From Amoebophrya sp. A120 (taxonomy: Eukaryota > Protista > Dinoflagellata), in assembly GCA_905178155.1 (NCBI GenBank), contig CAJINV010000002.1, forward strand, positions 11,410,591 through 11,474,590: a stretch of DNA of 64,000 nt, given 5' to 3'. Shown piece after piece: positions 62,601-64,000 of the stretch. Under the pieces are notes generated by a model. That model was not told where the DNA came from, made no database searches, and saw nothing but the letters and a program-made list of their open reading frames with translations. Every line of letters starts with the position of its first letter. Position 1 is the first letter of the stretch. A program made the position numbers and the translations under genes.

Positions 62601-64000
62601 GAGATGCGCATTACAAATGTTCCTGTCATTGCAAATCTGCATGACAACTCTGGGGTGGGTACATTTTTGCTCAGGATATCCCCGAAGACGTGTTCTGTGG
62701 GTCGAACGTGCCCGTGCTGCCGAAATCCTGGTCGATCATGGAGGTTGACAAATGACTGGCGGACTGCGAATGCGAGGCTTTTATCCGGTGCTTGTGCGTC
62801 GTTAGCGTCGCGGCCGCTGCAGCAGCGCCACCCGCTGCGGACGACGTGGTCGTGCCACTAGCGTGGGACGTCGTGGTCGTGGTGGAGTTGTTCACTTGAT
62901 CTGTATTCGCCCGCTGCAGCTGGTGCGGGGCCGCGTTGAAGGAGGTCGAGAGTGAGTTTTTTAACTTCGGATTGTTGCGCGTACTCCGTCTCTGGGGGAA
63001 GCTGGTGTTGGTCGTACCCTGGCTCGACGACGTTGCGGAGCTGTGGTCTAGGGGATTCGTCTCCTTTGACGGGGTAACGCCGTTGTGGTCGCCTTCGAAA
63101 AGCATCGTAGACTCCTGCTCCAGACCCCCAGAACTGGTAGCGCCGACTGCTTGTCGTGTTTTGTTTTTTTTTTCCTTGCAGCTTGATGTTCTTGCTAGGA
63201 GGTATTGACAGCAGGAAAGAGCTTCTACTGAGAACCAGATGGATCATTCCTCAACAGTCACTCCAGGATGATGAAGTGGATGAAAAGATTCTATCCTTTA
63301 CCTTGTTCTGTATCACTGTTGATGGACTCTTCCCGATTCTTCCGCAAAGATTCTCGCGTTTTTATCTTTTGTTTGATGTGCTCTGGCATTACGCCCACCG
63401 CCGGCGTATTGTTATTTGTCGTCGAGTTCGAAGCAGCAGCGCCACCACTTGCCGCCCCGGTTCCGCCACCACCGCTCGCACCTGCCCCGGGCTTTTTTGC
63501 GCCGAACCTCCGCACAGTCCCCGTGGAAGACGAGCTTCCCCCTGTTTGCTCGCTCCGTCTTTTGTTTCCGCTCGTAGCTGTAGCTGCAGGAACCGCAGGC
63601 TTGGGATTCGGGTTTGGCGCTCCGAACACCAATGGGTCCTCGGACTGGTGCGTGTTGTTGCCGCCTCGCAACATTCCAAGCCACGCCTGTTCTGTCTCGG
63701 CGTCTTGGTCTCGCTCGCGCTGAAAATCAAAAAAAATGTCAGAAAATTTCATGATTACAAAAGTTGCAAGTGCAACCTTCTACAGACGCATAGCGAAAGC
63801 ACATCGCGCAAATCCATGTGCAACCATATGTACTTCAGCTTTACCTGAAGCGAAGTCGCTGGATCTACTGCAGTGGTGGTGGTTCCTAACTGCGCGCTCG
63901 TCGAAGGTAGTGGCTCCTCGTCGATTGTGTAAGCGGGAAAGTTTTTTGGCGGCGAGGGCCGGCTCCGCTGCTCAAGTCGTCTTGACGAGCTGCTGGTGGG
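59647..64000 (-). CDS. Kinesin-13-like motor protein with a long N-terminal extension and a SAM-like C-terminus (5' end beyond window)
   Basis: VFVRKRP, FDE, GQTGSGKT (P-loop), NDTSSRSH (switch I), LVDCAGTER (switch II), EGAQINASLHALKEC, YRASCLTKLL, TVSP. Two introners plus GT-AG introns. Confidence 0.88.
60537..60806. mobile_element. Introner/MITE-like element, TIR family B (270 bp), TSD TGGTA
   Basis: tggta|TATGGATTGCAAAAATGTCTGGGTCTGGAA…TTCCAGACCCAGACATATTTGCAGTTGATA|tggta. Removal gives KDSMYH|TRERQQEGAQIN in the motor domain. Confidence 0.95.
62400..62678. mobile_element. Introner/MITE-like element, TIR family C (279 bp), TSD TCCCC
   Basis: tcccc|TATCCTGAGTAAAAACATCCCCACACCAGAGT…ACTCTGGGGTGGGTACATTTTTGCTCAGGATA|tcccc. 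Removal joins ORF 62671..63105 to 62108..62305 in frame (NTSSG|TINLQ). Confidence 0.93.

Noticed and set aside
30-64000. Stop-codon reassignment in this genome
   Set aside because: Conserved genes read through without in-frame stops once introns are removed, and all three stops appear as terminators.

Overview
Eukaryotic genomic DNA, most consistent (inference) with a syndinian dinoflagellate such as Amoebophrya. Every gene I can support (about 14) lies on the minus strand. They include a POT/MFS transporter, an importin-11-like protein, Nop16, eRF1, SAS6-like, a kinesin-13-like motor, a GT2 glycosyltransferase and a catalytically degenerate GT2 paralog. The striking feature is ten non-autonomous elements of 120-1584 bp in five TIR families. 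All begin TAT, end ATA, carry terminal inverted repeats and are flanked by a 5-bp target-site duplication. Nine interrupt coding sequence and one sits on a probable start codon. For the nine, removing the element plus one TSD copy restores the reading frame (e.g. eRF1 ARG|NGTSM), yet no placement within the TSD gives GT-AG or GC-AG. Members of the same family occur in both orientations in same-strand genes, and the families share an internal GCATnACA motif. One element carries an 8 x 146-bp tandem array. Separately, a 1.2-kb GC-rich insert is bounded by a perfect 47-bp direct repeat, and eRF1 has RIKS in place of NIKS. Canonical GT-AG introns coexist in the same genes. Exon structures were read by eye and are approximate.
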